Shown piece by piece: positions 13,255-25,985 of a stretch of 64,000 nt of DNA. Under the pieces are notes generated by a model, which did no database searches, was not told where the DNA came from, and was given only the letters and a program-made list of their open reading frames with translations. This stretch comes from Chiloscyllium plagiosum (lineage: Eukaryota). Position 1 is the stretch's first letter. Every line of letters begins with the position of its first letter. The position numbers were made by a program, and so were the translations under genes. Where the stretch lies: positions 25,618,663 through 25,682,662 of the forward strand of contig NC_057719.1 in NCBI RefSeq assembly GCF_004010195.1, written 5' to 3'.

Positions 13255-13684
13255 CTGGCAAAAGTTAAAAAAACAATTCAAGTCATCTATCAGATAGAGT
13301 GGAACTATGTACACAGTTACAAGTGATTCAAAGCTAAGGAACAAGATAAAATCATTTTCCATTTTAAGTGTTATCATCTGCTCAGCAAGTTTTGCAATTT
13401 GTAGAAATTTAAAAAATAAAGACCTAAGATCTGGAAGTAGATGTTTTGGAAAAAACAATTGCATCATGTGTAAAATAACATTCAAATAACTTACAAATTC
13501 AGCAAACTGAATGATTTACATGGTGTCAAATAAATTGCTTCCAGAACTAGAAACCTACAAATCTGACATTTAGCAGGAATAAATAAATAGTTATAGCAAA
13601 AATTTCTGTGCAAATACAATATGGTATAGGGTTTGGAAAATGAAGAAAAGGAAAACACAAGCCAAAAATCCTACTATTTGGGTA

Positions 13685-14960
13685 ATTCCAATCTAATCAA
13701 GGAGAATCAGCATGGCTTCATGAAGGGGAAATCATGGCTGACTAATTTATTTTGAGAGGAAGTCTTGATCAGAGTGAATAGAAGGGGACTAGCAGAGGTG
13801 TTGCATTTGGATTCCCAGAAGGCATTCAACAAGATACCTCACAAAACGTTAAGTTATAAGACAAGAGCCCATGGTGTTGCAGGTAGCATTTTGTCACAGA
13901 CAGTGAATTGGCTCATGGGCAAGAAACAGCAAGTGGGGATAACAAGTTCTTTTTCAGATTGGCAACCTGTAACCAGCAGGGTTCCACAGGGATCAGTGTA
14001 AACATTTGCGGTCCTGGCAATCTATATAAATGACAGAAGTGGGAAGCAAATGTATTGTAGCCACATTTACTGACAACACAAAAGTTGGTAACAAGGCAAG
14101 TTGTGAGAAGGATACAAACAGTTTATAGAAAGATTCTGATATGGGCAGAAGTGAATGGGCAAGAGGTTCGCAAAGGGAGTACTATGTAGGAATACATGAA
14201 GTTGTTCAATTTAGAAGAAAGAACAAAAGAACAGAGTATTGTTTAACTGGAGAAAAACTACAGAAAACCCAACACAAAAGGAACTTGGAGATGCTTGTGC
14301 AAGAAACACAAAGCTAGCACACAGCTGCAGCAGGTAATCGGGGATGCTAATGGAATGTTGGCCCTGATTTTAAGGGGGACGAGTAGAACAGTAGGGAAAT
14401 CTTACTGCAACTGTACAAGGTACTGGTGAAACCACATCTAGGAGTGCTGTGAGCAGTTTTGGTCCATTTGTTTAAGAAAAAGAATCAGTTCCTTGGAGGT
14501 AGCTCAGCAAAGGTTCACTGGGATGGTACCTGGTATAGAGCGACTTTGTTAGGAGCAAAGGCTAAACAGGTTGGGACTCTATTCATTGAAATTTAGAAGA
14601 ATGAGAGTTGATCTCATTAAGCATAAGGTTCTAAATGGGCTTGACAGGGTAAATACAAAGAGGATATTGCCCCTCATGGGAAGATTCTAGGACTAGCAGG
14701 TATAGTCTCTGAATAAAGGGGCGCCAATTTAAGACTTTGATGAGAAGGAATTTCTTCACTGGCACTCCTTGCCAAAGAGACCTGTGGGGGTAGAATCCTC
14801 GTTTATATTTAGGGCAGAGATAGATTTTTCATCAGTAAGGGAATCAGGGCTTACAGGGAAAGGGCAGAGAGATGGTCAGAGGTATATCAGATCAGTCATG
14901 ATCCTACTGAATGGCGGAGCAGAGTTGAGAGGACAAACAGCCTAATCCTGTTCCCTACAT
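13685..14960 (+). mobile_element. CR1 RT and 3' fragment
   Basis: QHGFMKGKS, LDSQKAFNKIPH and VPQGSV motifs; degraded. Confidence 0.85.
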
Positions 14961-15037
14961 TCTAAAACTCAGAGGAATTCAGCATACTGTCTCACTGTCA
15001 TCTATTAAATTGCTTTTCTTTTTTAACATATCAATTA

Positions 15038-15257
15038 CATTCTCCCCGTGTCTGCGTGGGTTTCCTCCGGGTGCTCCGGTTTCCTCCCACAGTCCAAAGA
15101 TGTGCAGGTCAGGTGAATTGGCCATGCTAAATTGCCCGTAGTGTTAGGTTAAAGGGGTAAATGTAAGGGTATGGGTGGGTTGCGCTTCGGCGGGTCGGTG
15201 TGGACTTGTTGGGCCGAAGGGCCTGTTTCCACACTGTAAGTAATCTAATCTAATCTA
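15038..15257 (+). mobile_element. 5'-truncated HE1-like V-SINE with CR1-derived tail and (TAATC)n
   Basis: V-domain core GTGGGTTTCCTCCGGGTGCTCCGGTTTCCTCCCACAGTCCAAAGA; tail GGGCCGAAGGGCCTGT shared with CR1; CpG-rich, so probably young. Confidence 0.9.
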
Positions 15258-15581
15258 CATTTTTTAAAGTACAGAACATTAAACAACAATTTATTCTTCT
15301 TTCAAATCCTAAAATATGTTAGTGTGTATATAAAGAAATAAATGAAGTATTGGTGTGCAAGATGGGCACAACAGCAATAAATTGGCCACCAATTACCTCA
15401 TTCTTCCTTTCACTAATTTCATTGATGACAGAAAACAGACAAGACATGCATAAGCAATTTATTCACAATTAGCCAGCACTGTCTCCAGTTAAAATTAGAA
15501 TTTCACCTTCACTGTGGCTATCAAAGTGGATGTATTTTTAAACAGCTGAGCATGATTTCTGGTACATTTGTTATCACAAAT

Positions 15582-15925
15582 AGGGAAGGCGATGGCCTAG
15601 TAGCATTATCACTAGACAATCCCTCCAGAGACCCAGATAATGTTCTGGTGACCCGGGTTCAAATCATACCATGGCAGAATGTGAATTCAATAAAAATCTG
15701 GAATTAAGAATCAAATGATGACCATGAATCCTCTGCCGATTTTTGGAAAAAAAAAAATCAATCTGATTCACTAACATCCTTTAGGGAAGGAAACTGCCAT
15801 CTTTACCTCCACTTATATGTGACTCCAGACCCACAATAATGTGGTTTGACTCCTCACAGTCCTCTGGGACAAGCAATAAATGCTCTCCTAGCCAGCAATA
15901 TCCTCATCCATTGAATGAATAACAA
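15582..15925 (+). mobile_element. tRNA-derived SINE with tail shared with the LINE at 40000-40715
   Basis: A-box-like TGGCCTAGTAG, B-box GGTTCAAATC; 3' GCAATAAATGCT..CCAGC..TGAATGAATA also ends the LINE copies. Confidence 0.8.
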
Positions 15926-16547
15926 AGAACATATACAAAATCCCTGGAGCTGCTATTTTAACATTAAAAGTAGATATACCATTTAAATGCATCAGAAGTT
16001 TGCAGAAGCTCATTTACAAATCATAAATTAACATTCAGCTACAAATACAGGTCTTGCTGGGAGTGACATCCAGAAAGAGAATGCTTCACATCATAATGCA
16101 GGTTAGATGAAAACAGAAGTTAAACATTCTGAAATATACACTAACAAAGGAACAGGGGTAGGTGATACAACCCTTTGAGCCTGTTCCACCATTCAATGAA
16201 ATCATGGCTTATCTGTTGCCTAAGTCCATACATCTGCCTTTGGCCCACATCCCTTAATACCTTTGCTTAACAAACAATTTCTACTTAAAATTAACAACTG
16301 ACCCAACCTCCCACCTCACTTGTGGAAGACATCGAAGACCCTTTCTGTGTAGAAATGCTTCCTAACCTCTCTTTATATGTTCCACAGTTACATACAATTA
16401 CAGAAAATCACTCATGTTTAGTTTTAATTGATAAAAGACCTCTGTTGGAAGTATGTATTTTCATTTGTTACTTCAGCCTAGTAGCATTATCAAATTACAC
16501 ACAAAAAAATCCAAAACAATAAACCAATTGAAGTACTGTCATTTTAC

Positions 16548-16633
16548 CTTTTTAAAACTTTGCCAGAACCTTTCCCCTTTACAGCATCTTCATCTCCTCG
16601 TAGAACAGCCAAAAAGATTTCTGGGGTCACATT
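16548..16633 (-). CDS. LGMN: Legumain coding exon 4: NVTPEIFLAVLRGDEDAVKGKGSGKVLK(S)
   Basis: 86 bp, AG/GT boundaries; retains the RGD and GSGKVLKS motifs. Confidence 0.97.
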
Positions 16634-17045
16634 CTACATACCAGAAATAGATATAGAAGATAGCAGCATGTATGAAATGAGGTGTAAGTAACAACAGAAC
16701 TTATATTCATATTCCACCTTTAAAAGACCTCTGCATGACCTAGACACAGCTCAGTCACACACGTACTTTTGAGAGAGTGCTATTATTGTTTTTTTTTGGG
16801 GATGAGCAACATCAGCATGGTGAGCATGGGATCCACTGTAGTGCATCTGGTGTAGCTACACTCAGTGCTGCCAGGGAGTTAGTTCTAGGACATTAAAGGA
16901 AACCTAGAAAGGGTGTGTGAAGTAGGTGGTGTTCCCTTAAGTTGTTGCACTTGTCCTTCTCAGTGGTAGAAATCGTGGGTTTTGGAAAGTGCTCACAAGA
17001 GAGTTTTAACAAACCGCTACAGCACATCTTGTATATTGTGCACAG

Positions 17046-17107
17046 GATCGGCGCAACATCGAGGGCCGAAGGGCCTGTACTACGCTGTATTCTTCTATGT
17101 TCTATGT
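17046..17107 (+). mobile_element. 62-bp CR1 3' terminus flanked by a 49-bp direct duplication
   Basis: CR1 end GCAACATCGAGGGCCGAAGGGCCTGT..TTCTATGTTCTATGT; 16997-17045 is identical to 17108-17156. Confidence 0.9.
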
Positions 17108-17439
17108 AAGAGAGTTTTAACAAACCGCTACAGCACATCTTGTATATTGTGCACAGTGGGCTAATGATTAAAGCAGTGAATTTCCAAGGCAGTGGATGGG
17201 TGCCAATCAAGCAGGCTGTTTTGTCCAGGATGCTGTTGAGCTTCTCAAGTTAGTGCTAACTCACCCAGGCCAGTGGCAGTGTTCCATCACACTCTGAACT
17301 TGTGCCTTATTGATAGTGGACAAAATTTGGAAAGTTGCAAAGTAAGTTACTCATTGCAGAATTCCCAGGGTCTGAACTGCACTAGTAGCCACACAACTTA
17401 TACAATTAGATCTTATTTGGGGATCTGAATTTAAATTTT

Positions 17440-17725
17440 GGAATCAAAGCTGCCAAAGGAAGTCTCCACAAGGAACAATAAAGTAAAAGGCCAGAGGTGT
17501 TTTTCGATGGAGACCCTTTGGCTCAGATACTTTTTCCACATGTACCAGTCGGAGCAGAGATCACTTTGCTTTGACACCTTAGCTGAAAGATGGCACTCTC
17601 AATAGTGTAGCACTCTTTCAATTTTGCACGGAGGTATTAACTGAGATGAATGTGCTTGATTTTGGCATGGGGCTTTCATCCACAATGTTTTAACTCAACG
17701 AGGCGTAAGTGCCGCCAATGAAACA
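17440..17725 (-). mobile_element. Deu-SINE (SacSINE-like) fragment
   Basis: Reverse complement has the Deu-domain-like GAGTGCtACACTATTGAGAGTGCCATCTTTCAGCT and a degraded tRNA head. Confidence 0.55.
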
Positions 17726-18069
17726 AGATAGAAAACCAAAAGAAAAAGGCCGAATGGTATGTGAAATAATCACAAATATTTTATGCTGTCCAAAACAAAA
17801 AGGGGATTCAGGGTAGCTGTTGAGACAGAACATAAGTGGACTAATGTACTGCACCAAGTCTCACAAAGCAAGTAGGATCATGTCTTTCATGTGATAGAAT
17901 GTTTACTGAATTCCAACAACATGTTCAACTCAGCACTTGCAAAGATCGAGGGCCATGTTATGAAATAGTGAAATAATATTTCAATCAATTACTTATGTAT
18001 ATTCACAAACAATTGCACTGACCATTCAGAAGATAGGGCAATACGATATCCCTTAAATATAACAGCTGT

Positions 18070-18290
18070 TATATGGCTCGATGGAGGGTCGTTTTGCTCA
18101 GTTGTCAGAGGGATGCCAACAGTGTGGGTTCAGTTGCAGCACAAGCTGAGGTTATCATGAAGATTCGCCTTCTCAACCTCTTCCCTTCACCTGAAGTGTG
18201 GTGACCCTTGGGTTAAACCACCACCAGTTCTCTCTCTTGTCTAATGAGAGAACAGGCCTATGGTCTGGTAGGACCAAGGTGACTTTTATT
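18070..18290 (+). mobile_element. tRNA-derived SINE (same family as 42360-42540)
   Basis: Shares GATGCCAACAG..GGTTCA..ACCCT..GGTTAAAC..AATGAGAG with 42400-42510. Confidence 0.6.
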
Positions 18291-18576
18291 ATGGCTTTTC
18301 TCATCACACGGGATCATGCATGATGTGGGTTTAAAAGTTTAAAACATCACCGTTAATAGAGCAAGACTGCCCAGAATGTGGGTCACAACATTCAATAAGA
18401 TTGCAAACCAACAGTCTGGGGCCACAAGCTCTGACTGAGCGATAACAACTGTAAGGGCTCTTTAATTACTCATGTTGTTTTTGAAAATGGCCTGTCCCGA
18501 TGCATTTTACTTAAATATCTAGCATACAGCTTCACACTACACGGATTCTACGATTCTACTCCAATTGAAGGGTTAC

Positions 18577-18658
18577 CTCTGCGACGTAATCCTTGACTAC
18601 TCCTTTGTACACATCTTTTCCTTTGGGATGATTAATGATGATACCTTGCGTAGGATTC
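18577..18658 (-). CDS. LGMN: Legumain coding exon 3: NPTQGIIINHPKGKDVYKGVVKDYVAE
   Basis: 82 bp, AG/GT boundaries, phase 2 to 0; matches [27 protein letters not shown]. Preceded by an 88-bp intron. Confidence 0.97.
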
Positions 18659-18746
18659 CTGAGACAAGATAAACAACACAACCTATTCAGTTCCTGTGCA
18701 TTTACAAATAAAGCTTCTCACAACAGTTTTCATAAAATGTACTTAC

Positions 18747-18844
18747 TCCTCATTCAGGGCCAAGTCATCATACATCATGACAATAATCTGCTCATCGGGT
18801 ATTCCATGCTGGTGTACAATCTGGTAGGCATGGCAAATGTCAGC
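18747..18844 (-). CDS. LGMN: Legumain coding exon 2: [32 protein letters not shown](E)
   Basis: 98 bp, AG/GTAAGT boundaries, phase 0 to 2; matches human [29 protein letters not shown]. Confidence 0.97.
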
Positions 18845-18981
18845 CTAGTATTACAGCAAAACTCAATTAGACCAAATGTAAATTTATCCTGGTTAAAGTG
18901 CCTTGAATATAAAATGCGTGCAGTATTAAGTCCTTCCGAAAACTCAAAATTCTTAAGTAAACAAATGTACCTTATTGGTAC

Positions 18982-19320
18982 AGGTGGCACAGCAGCTCAG
19001 GGGTTAGCACTGTGCCACACCGCAGCAGGGACCAAATTTGATTACACTCTCAGGGGGACTGCCCGTGTAGACATTCTCCCAGTGTCTGTGTGGGTTTCCT
19101 CCGGGTGCTCCAGTTTCCTCCCACAGTCTAAAGAAGTGCATGTTAGGTGGATTGGCCATGCTAAATTGCCCATAGTATCCAGGGACATGCCGGCTAGGTG
19201 GATTAGCCATGGAATATGCAGAGTTACAGAGATAGGGTAGGAGCATTGGGTCTGGGTGGGATGCTGTTCGGAGGGTTGGTGTGGACATGGGCCAAATAGC
19301 CTGCTTCCACATTGTATATT
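18982..19320 (+). mobile_element. Near full-length HE1-like V-SINE
   Basis: tRNA-like head GGTGGCACAGCAGCTCAGGGGTTAGCACTG, V-domain and CR1-like tail. Confidence 0.88.
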
Positions 19321-20364
19321 TGAATCGGAGAGTCCCTATGTTCATGAGTTAGTCAGTAATAATCTAGCACTCCACAAGTGAAACTATACCAGGACATGTA
19401 TTACAGTGCTATAAAACTGTACAGCAGATTCCATTCACACTTCCAACATGACCTCCCCTCAAAAGAAAACTCTGCATTTAACTTACAAAATAGGGTTCTC
19501 ACCTTTCTTGGATTGGTCACATTCTAGGACAATTAACAGAACACTGTCACTATCAACTAGAGCAAAAAACATTTTTAAAAATGGCACCGAAATTATTTGG
19601 CGTTCTACACTAAAAATGTAATGCAGGTGGCAGTGTTTAAAATACATATGGGCAAATCAGCGAGAAAAAAAAACATATGGAGAATTCAACTGGAGGGCAA
19701 CCAGTCAGATGAAAATCATCCCCCCAGACACAGAAGTGACAGAATCTTTGAGACAGAATTCCTCCAATCAAATTGTAAAAGGTGTGATTATCAGGAATAA
19801 TGGGACTTTAAGATTTCATTTAAATTTCAATAGACTATAGCTGGAGGAAATTCACTTCAAAAGACTGGTTATATATATTTTCTAATGTGCCTATTCAGAG
19901 CTTATATCTCTGGAGCTGATAGGACATTAACACTAGAAACTTTTCAAGCACAATAAAGAACATTCAGGTATTTGGATGTCAGGATGGTCAAAAACAGCAA
20001 CAAAAGGCCAATTATCTAAAATAATTGCCCCAAACTCATTCACTGCAACATCTTGTGTTTGATTAGCTAACAATGACATTAACAATTACGTTAGATGAAA
20101 AGGTACTATAAAAAAGGAATACAGGCTGTTGTCATTTAGTCCCCAGTTGCTAAGGAGGCCAGGCAAAATGAATTTGCTGTTATAAACAATGCAACCTTGC
20201 TTAAAAATGCTTAGGCATAGTTATTTTAAAAACTTCAACATCATAAAATATACAGCAAAGAGAAAGGAAATTGATAAAATTTAAGGCAGTGCAAAGTCAT
20301 GAACTACTAATTCCTAGTGGAGTCATACATACATGCACACAAACTATTCTATTCAGCACAGTAC

Positions 20365-20511
20365 CTGATGTCTGTAGTTGTACCAGCCACTAGATCCTGC
20401 AACAAGTACTACCCAGTGGTTGCCTCCATTTTCCAGTTCTTCCAACGGAGTAGTGACGACATTAAGCAGGAGACTGTTTAGCACTAAAACTCCAAGTGCC
20501 AAGTAGTGCAT
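20365..20511 (-). CDS. LGMN: Legumain coding exon 1 (ATG, signal peptide, propeptide): MHYLALGVLVLNSLLLNVVTTPLEELENGGNHWVVLVAGSSGWYNYRHQ
   Basis: Hand translation matches the legumain N-terminus (HWVVxVAGSxGWYNYRHQ). ATG at 20511-20509, GT donor after 20365, likely AG acceptor at 20531-20532 behind a pyrimidine tract. Confidence 0.97.
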
Positions 20512-21990
20512 TCTGCAGTGAGTCAATTAACTGGTGAATTAAAGAAAAGGTATTACTTAATTTGAATCAAAACATGAATGCATCATAAACACCTACAAAA
20601 AGGAAGTCTTACTTCTGTACTTTAGGGATAATCAGCGTACAAACAAGATTGTTCAAATACAAATAAAACTTTGCGAAACGTTTTACTGAGCTTTCCTTTG
20701 TGAAAAGTGCAAAGTAAGTAGTTTCGCTTTGCCCTCATCACAGAAAACTGGGTTGAAGTGAAATAGTAAAATGTCAATAAATTCCCCACCTCCGAAAATC
20801 AGATATGGTTTGATACAAGTCACTACATCAAGCCTCACAAACTGGAAAGTTACATGGTTTGAAAACATAAGGTGAATTTTTGAAATGTGAAGTAATTTAA
20901 AATTAACTCAATATTTTTACTGTAATAATATCATACTACTTCCTGCATGGATTTTCCCCAGTTGCTTACTTGTAAAACATGGCACATTAACAATGTGTGG
21001 GAACAGCATCACATGGCTTGAGGTGTAAATTACTGGGTCATTTTACAGCCAATTTATCAACACTGCTGTAATAGATCCATTCTTATGTTCAAAATCTGCA
21101 CACCCCAGTGACTTTTGTAACAGTTGAAAAATATTGACAGCATCGGAGGTGAACTTTCAACTGATACATTGCTTAGGCTCTGATCATAAAAATGACTGAA
21201 CTCAAACAGCTCAAGACTTTAGTTAGCACTTTGTCAAAACAGATCTACCTTCAAGCAGCGCAATAGTGTGAATTCCAAGGTACAACTTACTTCTTTTATT
21301 AATTAACCCATCATATATACTCACGTAAAGTTAGAATTATTTAGACAATTTTTTAAGGTTAAATTTATGTGGTCAACTATTACATGCATACTACTTTGGA
21401 GGGTCTGAAATTCATGCAATAATCCAAAATATTGCATCATTAGCAGAAGCCCAATTGATCTCTAAACGAAGTGTGGTACACAAAGGGAGCTTGTCACCTG
21501 GCTCTGACCGGATGAGTTTTAAACTTTCATGCCAAATGTTTCCATTTTCCTCCATTTTTTCTCATCTACTGTTTTAATTTTTCAAACTAAACCTTTTTTA
21601 AAATCAGAAATAAAACGTATCAGACATTTGACTCTCATATAGTGTCACTGATCATTGTAGCCGTGAGAAACTGTCAACAGCTGCACATCCAATCGAATCC
21701 TGCATGAAGGTAGGAGTAAAAGTTTTACTGTGCTGTGAAACACGAGCAAAGCTGAAATGGGGTCAACTTTTACATGAGATAGATGGAAAATTTCACACTT
21801 TTTGGCCAAAAGTAGGGGGCCGACTTTGACATGAGGTGGTCTTTTACTCAAGTACATATGGTTTCTCATGCAATGCAAAACAACAAAAACAGGAGATTTA
21901 CTGTTGTGACACATACATAATGGGGAGATAAAAAGAGTACATTCTCCATCTTTTAATCTACTTTGACTGGATACTGTACAAAGCGTGTAG

Positions 21991-22148
21991 AAGGAAGTGG
22001 TCATATTTTGGAAGAAACTTGAAGAATAGTTTCAGATTGTTTTGGTTATGGCCTACTTTACATAATTCACGGTAAATTCCACAGTTCACTTGTGGTTTAA
22101 GACAAGTGCCACTGCAAAAATAAGAATGTCTACCTGTTTTGTCACGTG
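21991..22148. promoter_or_regulatory. Candidate LGMN regulatory cluster: ETS/PU.1 (AAGGAAGTG), RUNX (TGTGGTT), CLEAR/E-box (GTCACGTG)
   Basis: Motifs at 21991-21999, 22091-22097 and 22141-22148 in repeat-poor DNA about 1.5 kb upstream of the ATG. The TSS is unknown. Confidence 0.4.
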
Positions 22149-22899
22149 CTACCTCAACACTAATCAAAGCTAAACACATTTCATTGACAGCAGACTTCAA
22201 AAATATCTGTTAATTTCACAGTAAAATACTTGATTAAAAAAAGGAAACTACATTATTTCATAACGAAATTTAATACAATTCTATTCTTTCTCATGCTTTG
22301 CTGTTATTTGAATCATTTGGAGGTAAATAAATTGTAGAAAATTTCACGGTGTATGAAGCGACCATTACAAAAGTAGCCACTGGACATCGGGAACAACAAA
22401 AAAGGAAAATGTGCATTTATGCAGCACCTTTCACAACCTCAAGATGTCCCAAAGCACTCTACAGCCAACAGAGTAGTGGTTTACATTAGTCAGCTCAGTC
22501 TAGCATGGACCTTGAATCCACGACCAGTGAATACACTCATGCTAGAAACACAGTTGAAGCAATACTTCACTAGTGTAGACTCTTAGTCATTAGAAATGCT
22601 GTCACTTCCATGTGAGATACCAGGAATATACAGTATTTGGCAGAATTCAGCATTAGCTAACCCACTTGAAAATTTTCTCAATGCCCCACTGTTTGCATGC
22701 ACAGCACAATTAGTAAAAAAAAGGAAATATTAGACAAGACCAAAAAGTGTCTCTTTAAAAGCCAAGAACTGCAGATGCCTCATGCTTGCTGAATCACCAG
22801 GGAAGCATCTCCTTTCGAATAGATTTGCTGACATTGTTAGGTTTAGACCTCAGAGAATAAACGGTGCTGTATGCTTTAGTGAGGGAAGAGGTCAGAGTG

Positions 22900-23705
22900 A
22901 GTGAGGGGAAATTGAAACTCTGCAGTACAGAGGGATCGGAGTGTCCTGGTATATGACGTACAGCAAGATAGTATGAAAGTACAGCTAGCGATTAGGAAGG
23001 AAAATGGAATGCTATCATTTAATTTAAAAGGGAACGAAATGTGAAATGTGTAATCTTGTAAGGCAAATGAGATCACATTTGCAGCACTGCATAAAGTTTT
23101 GGTTGCTATTAGAGCAATGGAGGAAGTCCAGGGAAGACTCACATGACAGATTCCTGGGATGAAGAGATTAGCTTATTGGGAAAGTCTGGACAGGTTGGGG
23201 CTTTGATGTTGAGAAGAATTTGAAGAAATATTACCAATTCTGATGAGGAGTCACCTGACTCAAAACATTAACTCTGCTTTCTTCCCACAGATGCGGCTAG
23301 ACCTGCTGAGTTTCTCCAGCAATTTCCTTTTTATCTTTCAGGTAATCTTACTGTAGTATGAAATATGTCCTGTGGGAAACCAACAGTGTCAATGCCAAGG
23401 CAATTTTTTTCCATTGCGGGAGAGACTAGAAATAGGGGTACACAAATTTTTAAAAAATAAACAACGTTTCCTTTTAAACTGGAGATGGGGAGAACTGCTC
23501 TTGTACTGAGGTTGTTAGGCTGTGAAATTCTCTAGCCCCAGGGAGCAGTGGAGATACGTCACTGAATATTTTTAATGGAGTTAGATGGATTTATGATAAA
23601 CAAAGGAACCAAAAGATTACATTCAGCAGTTGGAAATGTGGAGCTGAGGCCACAATTAGATCAACCATGGTCTTCGTGAATAACAGATGAGGATCTTTGG
23701 GATCA
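22900..23705 (+). mobile_element. Degraded CR1 3' fragment interrupted by an old Penelope-type short element (about 23240-23335)
   Basis: CR1-like QRDxxVLV..; the insert begins TCTGATGAGGAGTCACCTGACTCAAAAC. Confidence 0.65.
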
Positions 23706-24027
23706 AAAGAGGGGGAGGTGAGAGGGGATTGTGAAAACAGAGCAGGAAATTAGATTGGAAGGAGAGCTGGAGTTAGAGCATAATATAAAAGGTTGAAAGG
23801 AAAAGTGAACAATGGTCTTGAAAAAAGGTGTTACAGCTGATGATCCTTCACATCTGAAAAGAAAGGGAATAAAAAGTTTCTGAAAGGAAACAAGGACAGC
23901 AAAGGATTAAATGTTACTGCAGATACAGACTGCTTTGGAAGGAAAGAAGATTAAAAAGGGGCACAAGACACTCAATGTAGATCTCGGGATGTGGCAGCAG
24001 GAAGGTGTCAGAATATTTGAGATAAAA

Positions 24028-24338
24028 TCATGGAATCCTTACAGTGTGGAAAAAGGCCACTTGGCTCAGCAGATCCACACCAACCCTCCGAACAGCATCC
24101 TACCCGGACCCACCCCCACATCCTATCCCTGTAACCCTACATTTCCCATGGCTAATGCATCTAGTCTGCACATCCTAAACACTGACAATTTAGCATGGCC
24201 AATCCACCTATTCTGCCCATCTTTACGACTGGGAGGAAACCGGAGCACCCGTACACAGGGAGCGTGTACAAACTCCACACAAACAGCCATCCGAGGGACC
24301 CTGTACTCTGAGGCTGCACAGTTAACCACTGAGCCACA
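24028..24338 (-). mobile_element. HE1-like V-SINE
   Basis: Reverse-complement V-domain GGGAGGAAACCGGAGCACCC and AATTTAGCATGGCCAATCCACC. Confidence 0.85.
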
Positions 24339-25985
24339 TAGCTGTAATTGTTGGTGGATCGGAATTGTGAAGACTAAACTTTCAGTAGGCATCTCAAAAG
24401 TCAGTCAGAGCTGGAGAAAGAAAGATGCTGAGGAAAGAGATTTAGCTGTTAAAATTTGTTAGATGATGCCCAATGAAATATAAGAAGGGAAACAGAAACA
24501 AAAAAGGTAAAACAACAGATTACAAAAGAACTTCAATTAGAAAGGAAAGCAGGAATTCAAGATGCACATTCCTGGAAGAAAAATTGGCAGTGAATTAGCA
24601 CAAACATAAAAGCAAAATGCTGCAGATTTAAAAAAAGTAAAAACTGAAATTGCTCAAGACCTTCAGCAGTTAACATCTAAGAAAAAAAAGAGATAACATT
24701 TCAGACTGAAGGCTTTTCATCAAAATGGTGTGGGGGTGGGGCAGGGTAGGGGCAAAGTCTATATAATTCATCTATTATCTGGTAGTCATGTGATACAATG
24801 AGATTGTTTTGTTATAATTAGTTATCAATTCCAATACCAGGAGGTAGGGCTTTAGTTGGGCAGTGGTAGTGTCTCTACCTCTGAATGATGAGGTGTAGAT
24901 TCAAGCCCTACATGCCTGTAATCCCACTGTCAACCACAAGCTCTCATCTGATCCGAGCCATGTTCAGCTGAACCTCTCGTTTCACAAAACTTAATTCTTT
25001 CCCTACCTGCTTATACTTGACACACACCCTCCTCACTTTCAGCTCCTTTTCACAGTAGCCACCAGATTATACATTTCAGTTTGGAAATTTATTAACTTCT
25101 AGCCTTCATATTTATTTTTGCTATCTTTACACTAGGGTGTATTATATTCCAAAACCTTAGTTGGTAAAGAATAGAATTGGAACTGATCTTCAAACACTTA
25201 TCAGCATTTAGAGTTACACATACTAACAGCATGCACTCCCTAAATCTATAATCACTGTTCCAGATTATTGGGGATCACTTACATTCCAATAAATAATAAT
25301 CATTAACTGTATAGAGTTAAATAGCAACAATTTAAAAGAACACTTTTACTCTATCAAAACATCCCAATGCTTCATAGAAGCAAGATTTAAAGAATCGCAA
25401 GGGTAACAGAGGAGATATATCACCATGTTTTGGTTACCTGATCGGAGAGGTAGGTTTTAATGGGAAGAAAGTGAGGTACAGAGGCAGAGAGTGGGTGTTC
25501 CAGAGTTTATGGTCCAGATAACTAAAGGCATTACCACCAATGGTGAACCAAAAACAAAAATGAAGAAGGCATTCATGGCCAGGATTAGTGGAAGGTTGTG
25601 GGTTGGAGAGGATTACAAAGATAGGGAGTGACGAGGAGTTAGATCAACCACTGCTTGTGTGAATGCACTTCCTGATTTCACTTCTGAATTCATTGCCTCG
25701 ATACAACAACTTGCATTTATATAGCCTCTTATAAATGGTGGAGCGACTAAAATCTGGGATTTTCAAAATAAGAATTGGAGGAGCACAGAGATCTCCAAAG
25801 GACTATAGGAGTGGACCAAGTTGTACAGATATGAAAAGGCACTGCGATACAAGGATTTGAAGATGGGGAGGGGTTTCTAAAAGTAGGTTCTGGCCTAGTG
25901 AGGCTAAAGGGGTTGTGGATGGACAGGACTCATTCCAAATTAGGATGTGCACTTCATTTTTTTGGATGAACTCAAATTAATGGAA

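Noticed and set aside
18635..19240. 201-aa plus-strand ORF
   Set aside because: Antisense to two LGMN exons and runs into a V-SINE; no recognisable domain.
23911..24462. 183-aa ORF
   Set aside because: Mostly antisense V-SINE sequence.
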